A stretch of DNA of 59,950 bases, counting the filler, from Sphacelaria rigidula (Eukaryota): the NCBI GenBank assembly GCA_964200075.2. It is 5 parts of 5 records of this genome, joined end to end, with 100 filler letters (N's around TTAATTAATTAA, not from the genome) between each part and the next. Parts side by side here need not be neighbours in the genome. Positions count along the whole stretch, not along the records: positions 24,023 to 35,932 come from CAXNAA020004347.1; positions 36,033 to 47,941 come from CAXNAA020004348.1; 3 more parts are not named here. One strand, 5' to 3'. Shown here piece after piece: positions 24,793-37,599 of this stretch. The notes beneath the pieces were generated by a model. The model ran no database searches. It saw only the letters and a list, made by a program, of their open reading frames with translations, and had not been told where the DNA came from. Position 1 is the first letter of the stretch, and each line of letters starts with the position of its first letter. The position numbers and the translations under genes are program-made.

Positions 24793-27700
24793 CTGGTTTC
24801 AAGTACACGTACAGGACTTGCTTCCTGGTATGGCTTTGACTATAAGTTGCGAACTGCTGTTTCTCGGGCAGACAGCGTCAAGCGTCAAGCACCTGCACAC
24901 TGGGCCGAGGGGCCCCATATCAGGAAATGACGGCACCACCACCCCCCGGGTTATCCAAACCTCATTCTGGGGCCGTAGGAGGGGAGGGGGCGGGCGGGCA
25001 GGTACTCTTTTTGAGGAGGGGGGTACCCCCCTGATCGATGGATAATGGCGATATTAGTTGCTGTGTGTGCGCGCATCGGTCTCAGAAAACAGATGAATGT
25101 ACGGTACATAAAACATGCTGCTTGCTGCTGTATTCGACACTGCGTACACTGCGTACCAACCGCAGCGTGACGCCTTCGGCGGTACTACCTGCTCACTGCA
25201 CAGCGGCAGGGTGCAGGGTGACAAAGCACACCGCAAGACGTGACATCCTTAGCCTATTCGAGTCGCAAAAAAGTGGTTAGTCAAAACTTTATCCCGGAGC
25301 AGAAACCAAATTTACTTCGTGGAATTGGAATAAAATGTCATCCTACAAAAGGGGGAATGTGCCAAAAGCATCCGTCGAGGATTTTCATCACTTCACGATA
25401 CCCTGTGCGTCGCCAGAGGTGGATCGTACCGGGAGTGATATTTTTCCTCGAATACGGATATACGCACTTCGACAGAAAAATCATCGCAACCGTCACGTGA
25501 CCCATGAGTCCCCGCATTAGTTTTAGTGGGGCAATATGTCATAAAGAGGGCAAATGATGCTCTCAGTGTTGAGGCACAGGATTGGTTTGTATGAACCCAA
25601 CATGGCGTAGGTCAGCATTGATCATTCGGGGACGATAGATAGGCTGTATAGTATGCGACCATATATCCATCATACCAACATTAGATCGCTTCGCAGTAAT
25701 CCTTCCAAACCCTCCCTTCCGTGAGCTGAAGAAATGGCACCGAGGCGTCACAGTGACGTGTCCCGTCGAGTTCCGGCAAAAGTCATCACCCCTGTATATA
25801 TCCAACGCTCAGGCCACCTCAAGGATTGCACCGTGCTAATTCCTCAAGTCCCGGAAAATTTCCACCTACTCCTGACTGGATCTGTTCGGATCATTGCATT
25901 CTTGCTCTTTCGATGCAAACCCCTCCGAGTCATTGACCCTAGCGTTGCCTTGAGCTCCATCTTCACCCTTCCCATGCTGATGCCTATTTCGCTCATCTGC
26001 CCAATCCCTGTCCCCAAATAGTGCGGCGAATCTTCTCGACTCTCCTTCCTCCATGGCTGCGCTACCTGCAACACCAGCCCCCTTTACTTCTCCTTCCCCG
26101 AATACTCTGCGATCATTCGTCGAAGAGGCCTCATCACGTCCCCCGCTTCTGGCTTCTCGCATGTCCAACTCATTCGGCATGTCTCCCCGGGCACCAAAGC
26201 GGCGCGAAAAACTCAAAGAACCATCTGTTGAAACATCTGTCAAGTGCGACCTACCCACGCCACTGAAGCGCTCTGCGAAGCTTGGTGCACTACCATCGTC
26301 TTCAGGAATGCTCGATTTCGCGGCACCAGCCCCTGCATCATCGGTGCTTTCCGTGAAACTCCTGGCTGCTGTGGTCGTACCGGTACCACTTCCCGCCTTA
26401 CTCGGGGGAAATGCGTCGCCGCTTTCCCTGCCGCCACTTGTAAAGCTCTGCGCGAAACCGCTACCGCTGCTGCTCCCACCCTCCCTCGGCGGTGGCGGCG
26501 ACAGTTCTTCCGATAGCTGATCTCCACGAGCTGCGATATTACTACTCCATGCGCGGCGACTTTTACCCCTTGTATCCACTTCTGAATCCGGGTGCGGCAC
26601 GACGTGGCTTGTATCACTCATGTTGTGGCTGAAGGGATCGCCCAGGTGCTTCTTCAGTGCAGCCCCGTCCAAGAAAGTCTTGGCAAAATTCCGCGTTATT
26701 TCGCTGGTTATTTCCGGCTCCACCTCTTCGTCATGCTCGCCTTCGTCCACATCGTTATGCCCGTCATCGGCGGCCGATTTCTTACGATCGCGACCCCTAT
26801 CCTCTGTGGTGGAAAACCATGCACTTACCCCAGTATCATGGATATCCTTCTTGTTACCTCCAGCGTGAAAATTCGTTGACAGGTCGTCCTCGAACCTGTC
26901 CGCAAAACCCGTCGCGCGCCGGTCACCGTTTACACTTTTCACTACTGTGGCACCCTGCTTGCGACCACCGAACCAGGCAGCGTCGGCTTGTAACTCCACA
27001 ACGGTCTCATCTCGTTCTTGATGCCCCCCCACCCCACCCCCTCCAGCGTCTATCCCACTCCTCGTTCGATCTCCTTTTAATCGGCCGGCCGCTGCTCCAT
27101 CAGCATCTTTTCCCGAGCGTCTTGAGCCGTTGAAGCCTCTTCTCTCTCTCCCTCGTCCTCCACCCGCGAAGTCCGAATGTCCTCTCCCAGCTCCGTTTCC
27201 GTTGCTATTCTGTCTAAAACCTCGTTCCTCCATGACCTCCCACTTTCTCCGTCGCCGGCCACCGCCGCCCCCTTCCTCGTCATCGTCGCTTGCGCTCCAG
27301 TCCGGGTCATCTCCATCTTGTCCCCCACCGCCACCTTTCTTTCGGATCTTGCCCTTCCCTTTACCCTTCACTCCATCGAACACGTCGGATTCTCCTTCAA
27401 AGAACGCGTCCAGCTCTGTCTTGTGTGCTCTTCTCCTCTTGCCTCTGCGTTCATCGTGGTAGTCTTGCACTGCGCTCGCATCCATACCATCAAAAGCGCC
27501 AGCCTCCCTCATGTGCAGCAAATCCGCTTCCGTTTCCGCATCAAACACGTCGAGGCCCCTCCCATGATCTCTTTCCCCCTCCCCCATCTCAACATCATCC
27601 CGTCGCTTGCCTTCATTTTCAGACCCCAACCCCAACTCGTCCTCCACAGCAACAGCACCTTCAGCCTTGAGTCTGGCGCACACCGCGGCGACGTTAGCCA

Positions 27701-30700
27701 AGCCAATTTCACGGGCTTCACGCCTCCTTTGTTGGCCGACGGATTCCGCCTTTTGAAGCTCTGATGCGTCCTGTTCCATGTCTCGCTTTTCAGCGAAATC
27801 ACCATCGAGCGAATTGCTAGATTCCTTTGTGCATTGTTCATCACCAGCCACGGACTGTTGGTCTGAGGTGACAATGGCGGAGTCGTCGCCAGATTTTGCC
27901 ATGGGATCCATCCCTGACGGCTCGGTTCCAGTGCTCGTGGCCACTTCTTCGTCCGAGACAGTGAGGTCGGAATCACCGCTTGACTCGTTGTCGGATTCTT
28001 CACCGGGTTTGTCGACAGCTTCTATGCCCGACTTGTCTGCTCGAGCGGTCGCGGAGTCTACGTTGCTTGTCTCATTTTCAAGTTTGTTTTGTCTTGCACT
28101 CTTGGAGACCTTCTTGTAAGTGCAAACGATTTCTCGTTTGGCCATCCTGTTGCCGCTTTCAGAGTACGTCAGGTTCACCTTGTGCATTATACAGTATGCA
28201 GCGGTCAGAGGGGAGGAGAGTGTGCGGGGGGGGGGGATGCAGCGAAGGTGAAGGCAACTAAAAAGCACGTTCGACTTTCTTGGGGTGTCGACGCCTATTC
28301 GCGGTTTGTCGGATGGCTACTTCGTGCATTCAAAGACAGTACAAGCAAGGTTTGCCAAGAAGCACCAAATCAACAAGCTAGTCATGTTTGAACGGCAGTG
28401 AGTCAGGGCAGAGCTGAGCATACCGTCAAAATCGGCTGCTTCAGGCGGTCACGCGCAGCTATCCAGCTGAGGAATCCCCCGAGTCCGTGTTGCGGAACGC
28501 GCGTCCCTGTACTTACACTCTATTGTATCATGTTTTCATGTTGCTCTTCTGGAAACTTCTCACAAAAAACGCAAGTGGGTGTTGCCAAACGTTCTGAGCG
28601 TGTTACTCCCGAGGCGAGAACAGCGGTGGACGTCTCACTCCGCGATATTCTTATTCCATTTTTTGCTCTTTATTTATTTATTTGTCGCACTTTGAACCCC
28701 TCCCCTTCCTCGGGATGAGTCCGTGGTTTCAAGGGATCAACCCGTCTCTCCCCGGTACGTGCCTTTCATTTTGGTCTCGCGGGTTGGATCAGCACTCCCG
28801 CACCGCGTCAACTTACGTCAAACAAACAGTCGACTACTCTGTTTCCTCACGTTCTCACGCTTTCCACGGTGGAAATCATACATTACGAGGAAAAAATCCA
28901 ACGCGTCGGGAATCGAACCCCGTTCTCTCCACCCTAATGGCGACAGTCGGACCATTACACCACCGGGGCGCGGTGGCAAATATATCGTTCGAACACTGCA
29001 GCCGAAACCCTGTGCGAGATGTGATGAAATGCAGGGTAATCTTGGTTGAAATATTGGCCACGACAGGTCACTTGTTAGAGTAGAGATAAAAAATTTTGAC
29101 CCGTGATTTCCGAGGAACTCGCCGACACAGGATTTGATCCCCGTCCGTGCATTGATTTTCACAAACGTCCCTCGAACTCTCCACTCACGAAAACAATTAG
29201 GCGGATCATATTTCGGCGAAAAATATGATACCTTGGGTCCCGAACCCCGGGTCGGCGAGTTTTTCGCAAAATAGGTGTTGAGATTTCAGGCCCAACCCGA
29301 GAAAGTGTGTTTTGCGTGGCGATTTTGACTAGTACCGGGGCTCTTGGCCAACCCAGCTTGAAGGTACTGTAGTTCCTATATGAGCAACAACGAGAGCGAT
29401 TATAGTCGTGCGCAAAAAGCCCACTAATCAACAAAGTGATTGCTGACGGCTGGCACATGTTCGTCTTTCGTTAAACTCCCACCAACGCGAGCGCAACCAA
29501 CCATGGCACATGTGTGACACATGTCTATATCAACATGCAGTAACTTACCACTGCGGGATCCAGCTTTTCAATAAGCTTCGCCTCTAGCTCGTCTAAGCAG
29601 TTCAAATTTCGCCGGAGGATCCTCATGTTTGCCTCCAAAGAAACCTGTCAAGATCAATAAATCAAAGAACAGACGCTCACATAGTTAGGTGGTGGGAAAT
29701 ATGAACAGCCCTCATCTGCTACCACGAGGACGTGGACGTTCCGCATGGGCCAATTCTTAGTTTTTCTTTCTTCTTGTTTATAATCATCAATATTTTATTT
29801 GTCGCACTTTGAACCCCTCCCCTTCCTCAGGAAGAGTCCATGGTCTACTCCTACTCCTACTCCTACTCCTACTAGTTTCAAGGGCTCAACCCATCTCTCC
29901 CCGGCACACGTCCTGTATTTTGGTCTCGCGGATTGGATCATGACTATCATCACTCCCGCACCGCGTCAACTCACGTCAAACAAACTCAGTCGACTGCTTT
30001 GTTTACTCACGTTCTCACGCTTCCCACGGTGAAAATTAGATACCACGAAGAAAAACCACAACGCATCGGGAATGGAACCCTCGTTCTCTCCACACTAATG
30101 CTGACAGTCGGACCATTTTAATTTACACCACCGGGACGCGGCGGCAACCAAAAATACAGCAAACGCTGCCGCTATTCCCAAAATGAGATGAAGATGGCAA
30201 TCGTACATACGCCCGCTGACTAAATGGCGCTTGGTCATACCCGCGGTCTATTCGAAGACAAAACCGCGCTACCACGCATGTCAGCGAAGTGAAAAACGAA
30301 GACTCATATTTTGTCGGTTGTTGCACTTCGGCAGCGTCCGCTTTCATACGTTGTGAACTACTTGGGTATCATCCAAACCCTTGGGTGATGACTATCCTAC
30401 CTCGATTTCACGGGAAAACTGCGTCAGTTACGTGGACCGAACATTTGTATTGGTGACATCGTCGATATCTTCAACGGCTGTGTCGGGGGTCCGTAGTCTA
30501 AATATTGATACGGAAGGATTGCGAACGTTTCAATCGCCCGCTGTTGTCTACAGTCCGTCACCCGCGACGTGGTCGCTGCTACAGCTCACCTTGACGACAT
30601 CTCCCCTCTCGAGGTAGGCTATCAGGTCGTTGACCTTGCGTTCGAAGTCATGTGGAGCGATCATGCCCTGGCAAAGAACGAGAAAGCGGAAAGAAGTTGA

Positions 30701-33700
30701 CCGAGTGTGCATGGACCATGTGAAAGAACACACTGAACTATTGAAGGGGAGACATTAAGGTGGTTTGATTGATTATGGTGTGCTTCTATGGGCTATGGTT
30801 TGACGAACTTCAGCAGCAGTAGTTCAACGATTTGATGAACCAGCGACAAGCTGGGGAACAACCATGTGCAGCTACATTTCAGGAATTACAAGCTGACTTT
30901 TTGACACGAAATATATATTACTAACACGCGGGGGAAAATAGTAGTCGAAGCAACAACAACAAACAGAAAATCAAAGCGAATTGATATTTCAGTAAAAGAA
31001 ATGACATCGTAACTCCATGAAAAAACAAATGTGCTTGTTGCCGTGTGGAACTTTCAACTTGCTTGCAGAAGATCCTTGCAAACATTTCGGCTCAAAACTC
31101 CTCACATCCATCTGTGCCTGTGCTTGCAACTTGTTGTGTGACATCACTGCACCCTGGTGGTCCAAGCGATACGGGGGACTCCAGTTACGGAGGTGACGAG
31201 TTAGAATCCCGACAGATACTTCATACAGGCGGGTTCCCGCTTATCAACATGAAACAACTCATCCGCAAAACTTCACGCCGTTTTTAGGAGTTGAACCCTG
31301 AATTTATGCACAATTTTGTTATGGGTCACTACGCAACTTCCGAAGGACGAGGTTTTCATACTTTTGACTTTCGGGAAACTTGGATTTCGTCGGACCTCCG
31401 AAAAACGGTGAAAAAAATCAACAAGCAAAAAAATCTCGTCCATCGAAAGTTGCATTTTGATCCATAGCACGATTGTGCCAAGTTTCACACCTCGGATAGA
31501 TCATCATCTGTGTCACCCGGGTGATACAGGTATAGTGTGAACACGTTTGTGTACACGATTTGGATGACCCAGTGCAACTAGTTATGACACGGTTCCCGTA
31601 TTGCAGGTGTCATCGATCACGAGGGAGGCATCTTGTACGAGTCATGAGGGTACCACAGGTTGTTATCGACATTTTGAGTACGCCTTATTCGGACTAAGCA
31701 GGTGTGTTAGAGGAGGAGTACACAAATCACTTGAAGAAAAAAAAACTAGTACAAGGAACTCGAGTCATACAGATCATCGCCATCAAGCGGACTTGTACGA
31801 ATCACACCTGAAAGACCAGGTTGCTCTAATCACTCGCAGATCGTAAAGGTCATATGGCTGTTCGTCGGGCGGGCTTGCGGGAGCCACGCGTGCTCCATGA
31901 ACGCCGGCAATGTACACTTCGATTACTTTTTCCCGGAAAATTTCATCAGACGCTGGCCGAACAGCCTCATGGTGTATCAATGGAGCAAATAAATTTAGCT
32001 ACCCTTGCTTTTTCAGTCGCACACGAGTGCGCACTCTGAACGAAAAAATACGAAAGCAGTCGTCCATTCTGCCGCTGGCACAACTTCATGAAGGAGTTGA
32101 GTCACTGGGGCATCAAATCATGTTCCATGTGCCCGGGTTGCAACAATCAATCGACGGTATTGTATACATGCACCATGTACCAGGGTCGAATAGGTTATGT
32201 GAGGAATATTAAACACTATGTATTGTACACTGGATTCAGATTCCACAGGTGAGAGGTAGCTTTTGGTATACATGAGATTCAAATCACACGGGTCGACGAG
32301 CAGCTGCTGCGTTTGAAGGAGCCAAGTTATAGAGATGACACCCTGTGATGTTGTATAGATGGCACAGTTCTGCAGATCAGTTCTACATGAACATGTGTGT
32401 GTGTGAAGGGAGTCGTACAGCTCGTCGCTCGGCAAATATGTACCGGTAAAACGGGTCCTACAAATCTCCATCGGACAAGCGTACACGGGTGACGGCACAC
32501 CTTGGACAGATCACGATCTGTGCCTTAAACCAGCCAACTCAGACCTGTCACGATCTGATGCGACCGAGGTGTGCGAAGTTTCAAGCTTCAACTGTTGAAA
32601 ACGGCGTGAAGTGTAGCATGGTTGTGCGATGACGTCAGCTTCAAACGTTCAAACTCCTGAGTACATGGTTCAAGTATGAAAAAGTTTGTTGGGGGTGAAA
32701 AGCCATGTGGGGTTTTCGAATTCCTCGACCAAACTCTGTACATCTGTTCCTGGGGCTTCCCCGGGACCTTTCGTTTGATTTCCTTTGAGCCATTCTGTAC
32801 CGCCTTCCGAGGGTCTTCATACTGGGACCCCCGAAAGGAGGTAGAGAACGGAGAAACTTTGAAATATAGCCAAGACCACAATTCTTCCATTTGGAACATC
32901 AATACCTACGAAATTGCCAAGTTTCAGGGTGGTCTGGCCGTCACAACAATTTGAAGCACGTGGCGGTTGGCTGAATTTGGCTTGATTCGTATTTTCGATT
33001 TCAGAAATTTGAAGGGCGCTAATTGGTCGGGGTAAGTTTTCGCCCTTGGCGCCACTACCATGTTCTAAAATACGAATCCAGCTATGCCACGCTCTTCAGC
33101 TATCCATGACGGTCAGTATGATATCACGTATGCGACTATTGGGTAGGTATTGGGAAAGGTATTTGCTGATGACACAGTATCTGGTGACGTAGCGTGAACC
33201 CGCCTGTACTTCGGAGTATATCATAGAATCCGTTGTATAGTAAAGGTAATATATTTTGTAGCACATTTTATTTTTATTTTTATGGTGTTGTCCTTTGCGG
33301 CAGAGCGTGCACCAGCAAGTTGGTCTGCTGTTCACAGCAAAATACTGACATCGGGCTGATTCGGGAAACTGGAAAAGTGGTTTTCAGCGCGCGGTGGGTG
33401 TGTCTGCTCGCTGGCCTAGCCTGTAACCATGACCCAAATCCTGCCCGGGTGACAATGGGTATTTGTCCTTCGTCGATCAACATGGCGGCATGGCGGCATC
33501 CAAACTCGCCACCTTCGGCAGCTTGGGAATATGCATATCCTTCGAAATCTACAGCAGAAGCAGTAGCAACCACAATGACACCAGTGAACTATAATAACGA
33601 TGCTACGTCGTCCGAGTTGTGGTAACCTTCGACCGCCGAAGCTCCGTAGCTCGCAAGATTTGTTCTGTACCTTCAGTTGCACGCCCTTGGTCTGCTGCTT

Positions 33701-33801
33701 TTTGGAGTTTTTAACTTTGGCCTTCTCGTTCTTCTTCTTGCGGTACTGCTCGGCTCCGTAATCCATGATCTGGCACACCGGCGGTGTTACGTTCCCGTTC
33801 A
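24677..33801 (-). CDS. infC: Organellar-type translation initiation factor IF3 with a long C-terminal extension (5'-partial, six exons, ~926 aa visible)
   Basis: Exons 33801-33671, 30667-30590, 29644-29549, 28178-25870, 25725-25676 and 24792-24677 are all GT-AG bounded and phase-compatible. IF3 signatures are PPVCQIMDYGAEQY and KGVQLK|GMIAPHDFERKVNDLIAYLERGDVVK|V. Confidence 0.85.
25676..25725 (-). CDS. infC: IF3 gene 50-nt exon
   Basis: tttcttcag|C TCA...GTT G|gtatga. Phase 2 in and phase 1 out, bridging both neighbours exactly; encodes SRKGGFGRITAKRSNV. Confidence 0.6.
25870..28178 (-). CDS. infC: IF3 gene large exon: end of C-domain plus low-complexity tail
   Basis: 2309-nt stop-free frame inside the 800-aa track ORF. 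Acceptor acaag|GTG is in phase 0 but is a weak AAG site. Donor is GA|gtaggt. Confidence 0.85.
28669..28977 (-). mobile_element. tRNA-derived SINE, type 2 (in IF3 intron)
   Basis: A-box TGGTGTAATGG, B-box GGTTCGATTCC, ends AAAGTGCGACAA(ATAA)n. Paralog at 29792-30145. Confidence 0.8.
29549..29644 (-). CDS. infC: IF3 exon: C-domain second helix
   Basis: ttgacag|GTT...GTG|gtaagt, 32 codons, VSLEANMRILRRNLNCLDELEAKLIEKLDPAV. Confidence 0.8.
29792..30145 (-). mobile_element. tRNA-derived SINE, type 2 (in IF3 intron)
   Basis: Colinear with 28669-28977, with an internal (CTCCTA)n expansion at ~29845-29872. Confidence 0.8.
30590..30667 (-). CDS. infC: IF3 exon: C-domain
   Basis: tttgccag|GGC...AAG|gtgagc encodes GMIAPHDFERKVNDLIAYLERGDVVK, matching I-x2-HD-x3-K...L-x2-G-x2-VK. 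Confidence 0.9.
32585..32957. mobile_element. Possible TIR element (MITE)
   Basis: Imperfect inverted repeat GCTTCAACTGTTGAAAACGGC / GCCGTCACAACAATTTGAAGC. No clear TSD and single copy in the window. Confidence 0.3.
33671..33801 (-). CDS. infC: IF3 exon: end of N-domain and Lys-rich linker
   Basis: tgcag|TG AAC...CTG AAG|gtacag encodes (V)NGNVTPPVCQIMDYGAEQYRKKKNEKAKVKNSKKQQTKGVQLK. Confidence 0.9.
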
Positions 33802-35876
33802 CTGCATTTCAAAACGACGATACGGGGACATGGTCAGCATTCACGCGTGTAAAGGAGTATAACATGGGGGCAGCACAGCGGATCCCTTGGAACATCCCGC
33901 GAATCGGGATCCAGTGTTCTGTATATGACTATGAACTCACTTGCTCCACTTCAAATGCGTGCGTGTAGTGGAGAGTTTCGGGGGGAGGGAGAGGCGGAGG
34001 GATGAACCTAGGATGAGAAGTATTAATAGGCTTACGGCATCCTAAAACCCGTGTTGAAAGCCTCATGTAAAAGGATCGCAAACAGTGAGGTCGTCAGGAA
34101 GCGAACATGACGGAGCTAAGATCATCGCGGGAACATGCACCTGTGCTTGTAGAGAACAATCGAGAACAATCGAGAAAAAGCTACGCACATTTTCGGCATG
34201 GCAAGAATGGTTGATTTCATGTCCTGCACCTCCTGCCTGTGTCCTCTCTAAGGGAAGTTCCGCCAAAAAATACAGCTACTAGCTGAGCGGACCTATGGAG
34301 GCACCGCGATCCAGGATCATTCTTGCACCACGATCCAGAGCCGCACTACGGACTTGGGAGTCAAAGTACTGTTTTACTGCTGGCTATACTACACCGTCAC
34401 GTATATGTCACATGACCGCAAAATTGCGTTTGACGCCTCCAGATACAAACTATGGGAAAACGAGCTACATATAATAGTCTTGTACGATGCTGCCGGAGTT
34501 TCCAAAGCTGCCCCACGTCCCCGCGGCGGGATTCAGCGCGTCAGGTACATCACATGGTGCTCCGATTCATGGATTATAGTGCCCTGGTGGCCAAGAGACA
34601 TGCACCGAGCCAACGACTAATGTTTTGCGGTGCGATTTCACTCGGCAGGCGCACCGTCTGTACGTGGTGAGTTTACGAGTGAAAGATACCCACAATGATG
34701 TACACACGCGCCCCGACACGTGGCAAGAAGTGGACAGCAGAACTATCGCAAGGATGAACTTGCGAAGTTGAAGCCACGGCGGTAAATCTTTGGCCTGTAC
34801 AAGCCCCACTGCCCCAGAGGGAAGGTCATGGTGTTCAAAGTTGCCTGAGGGCACTGGGCTCGAAGGTCGCTTTTCCTTCTGCTGCTGTACTGTGCCGTGC
34901 CGCGCTGTGCACTACATGTCGAGGTCAGCTTCTTGCCGTCATTCAGACGTGTACAGTGCCTCGAACCTGAGCACATACGGAGCGCAGATCTCCTACCAGG
35001 ATGACTCGAGGTGTTGGAACCGCAGCGGTGAGCTTGTTTGACTGATCAAACCCTGGTGGCAATAGAGGGCCTCGTGGTATTCGCAGTGGACAGGGGGCAC
35101 TGAGCTCGTTACTGAACTCTTGATCCCTTTCCTGTACTTACTGTACAGTTGTACCGTGGGAGGCGCGGGTAGTTCCGTTTCATCAAGCTAGGTCTAACCA
35201 TCAAGTTGTGATTTGTGAGGCCATCCACCGGTAGCGGCATTTTCACCCCATCTCTCCTGCACACAAACATTTCACCTACCGTTCAAATAGGGAAGCTTGT
35301 CATACCCCATACCCGAAACTTAGCCCTATATTTTATCCATACGTTATATTGTCTTCTCCTGAAATTTCTCATGATCTACCGCATGTATTCATCAGGGCTA
35401 AACATCAACCTAACGGTAACCCCTCACCCCACCCCCGAGAAAGCCTGGTCCGGCGAAAACACGGCGTGCTCCGTCCCGGTTTTGTAGGGGCGGACCCCCC
35501 ATGGGTTTGGCGTGGCTTGCCAATGACGCTGTAAAACACGCCACTCACTGCGTAAGCTAGGCATCCAGGTTACCGATTGTTTTGCACGCTTGCGTTTTTT
35601 TGCGGTAATCATGATGGTGGTCGAGCTAGATCACATTGTGCGGAGTGGGAGAACCTTGGCGCAAAATGGATAATCATACTACGTAGTGTTCAAATGGTGA
35701 GACACCCATAAGGCAGTGTATAGGCTGTCTTTCTCTGGAAGTGTCGATACCAGAAAATGAAGCAACTCATTGGAGGCTGTCATCCAAATGCAAGATAATC
35801 AATACGCTTCGGGCCGAGCAGTCTTCGCACGATGCAGCTCACCCGTCATGCGACTCGCCGAACACACCACGGCGCT

Positions 35877-35877
<1 letters not shown>

Positions 35878-35913
<36 letters not shown>

Positions 35914-35932
35914 CTTCACATTAAAAGCCGTT
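35878..35932 (-). repeat. Retroposon 3' end with (CAA)n tail
   Basis: Minus strand reads AATGTGAAGACAACAACAAC... The same end occurs at 53483-53560 (-) and 56795-56848 (+). Confidence 0.7.
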
Positions 35933-36032
35933 NNNNNNNNNNNNNNNNNNNNNNNNNNNNNNNNNNNNNNNNNNNNTTAATTAATTAANNNNNNNNNNNN
36001 NNNNNNNNNNNNNNNNNNNNNNNNNNNNNNNN
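35933..36032. other. Artificial contig spacer
   Basis: 44 N + TTAATTAATTAA + 44 N. Confidence 0.98.
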
Positions 36033-37268
36033 CCATACCGGCGACGAGAATGTCACGCCCCCCGCCGTTACATCCTCCTCGTGCAGCGTAGGCGGGGGCC
36101 GTTACTTTGGCATATCCGATGCAGGCTGTCACTTCGTAGGCTGTGATCTTACGGCATATCTCATCCTGCACTTTGTGCTGTACGTTCCCACGACACCACT
36201 TTTATACCGGGGATTGGTCATGTCTGAACGTTGCGCAGCCATACTTTGTGCGGCGTGAGGTGTATTACTTCGGCTGGCGCTATTGCCTTTGGACCGTCTG
36301 TCCTCGTGGGTGTGTTGGGGTTTCATGGAATTATATTGCGTACCTCCTGTCTGCTGGTGGGAGACCGTTACATTGTTATTCAGTTATATTGGACTGTAGT
36401 GAAGTGTAGTTACTGACTGTAGTTGTAGCTGGGTTAGGCTGGTAGCGAAAGGCTGTCCCGGTCGTTTGTCAACCGTTTTGCTAATATATCGCCTGTCTGG
36501 AAGCTTGCAATAACATCCGCCTGGTGTCTCTTAAATAATCGTGCGTGCCTCGCAGTGTTTTCACTTGCCGCGGTTACTGTGTGGACGTTTGGTAAGAGAG
36601 CGCGGGGGGGGCGGTGTGTGGCGGGAGCAATGGGCTGTCCCAATCACTCTTACAGTCTTTTCAGCGAAATGTCTGGCAGCGTCCTGGCCGTGCTTCTCAG
36701 CCACCTCTTCCAGCTGAACGTGAATTGCATATGTGTCGCTCTTTAGTGGTTGCACATGGGGCGACGGGATTTTCATGTGCTCCACCATATATATATTGCT
36801 GTCGCCGGCCGTGTAGTGTGCGTTTCTACGCTCGCCAAGTCTTGATGATGCAGCCCACCGAAACGGCGCACTGATCTAGTTTCAAGTATAATAGTGCACG
36901 ACTCTAGGTTCAAGTATACTAACGTGATGTATTGGTGCACCGACCTCGAATTGAGGTTATTCACAAATTCTACTGATAAAAATCACATGTACCGGAGTTT
37001 GTACCGTTTCGCGAGAGTTTCGTCTATGCACACAAATTGACACACTTCGCCCGTCGCGTGATGTCATTGGACAAACTCAACTGGACCGTTCCGGGATTTC
37101 ATATTTGGTACATCCATGACGTGTGCGTCTGGAGTCTTGTTTAGTCGTCCACAGTGAAAATGGTTGCCGTCGGTCTTTTCTGTTTTCNNNNNNNNNNTTC
37201 TTTCTTTGTCAGGGCTTCTCATAATGAGGCGTCTGGCCCAGGGACGGGAGGGAAGGGTTCCCAAAGGG
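36033..37268 (-). mobile_element. Non-autonomous element with a piggyBac-type end, copy 2
   Basis: Reverse-complement homolog of 6567-7621, starting TTGA-CCCTTTGGGAACC. Has ~200 extra nt (~36735-36930) relative to copy 1. Confidence 0.7.
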
Positions 37269-37599
37269 TCAAGACTGCGCGTACATTTAGCATCAATTGA
37301 GTGCTGCGAGGGTAAGAAAGGGGTGGCCAATCAAAAATGAAGTCTGCGCTATTTGGCATCATGATCGGGCCTCGGAACCGAACAACAAGCAGAAAGTTTC
37401 AAGAAATGGCATTGCGCGCCCGGTTACCAGGCGCCGCACGTGCTCTTCTCCTTCGTTGTTTGACTTGTGACTCAAGCGTGAATTACGAAGCAAAGCAAGC
37501 ACGTGATTTAGATTAATTCATTTCCCGTGATACAACTGCGTGGCACGAGAGAGGAAATGATAGAGATTCATGATGAACAATTTGGGTGCTCGCTGGGTT

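Noticed and set aside
26053-28261. Plus-strand ORFs of 80-195 aa
   Set aside because: Antisense shadows of the GC-rich large IF3 exon.
33802-35932. Search for the upstream IF3 exon (LDLV motif, phase-1 donor)
   Set aside because: No matching exon found before the contig end; the gene is treated as 5'-partial.
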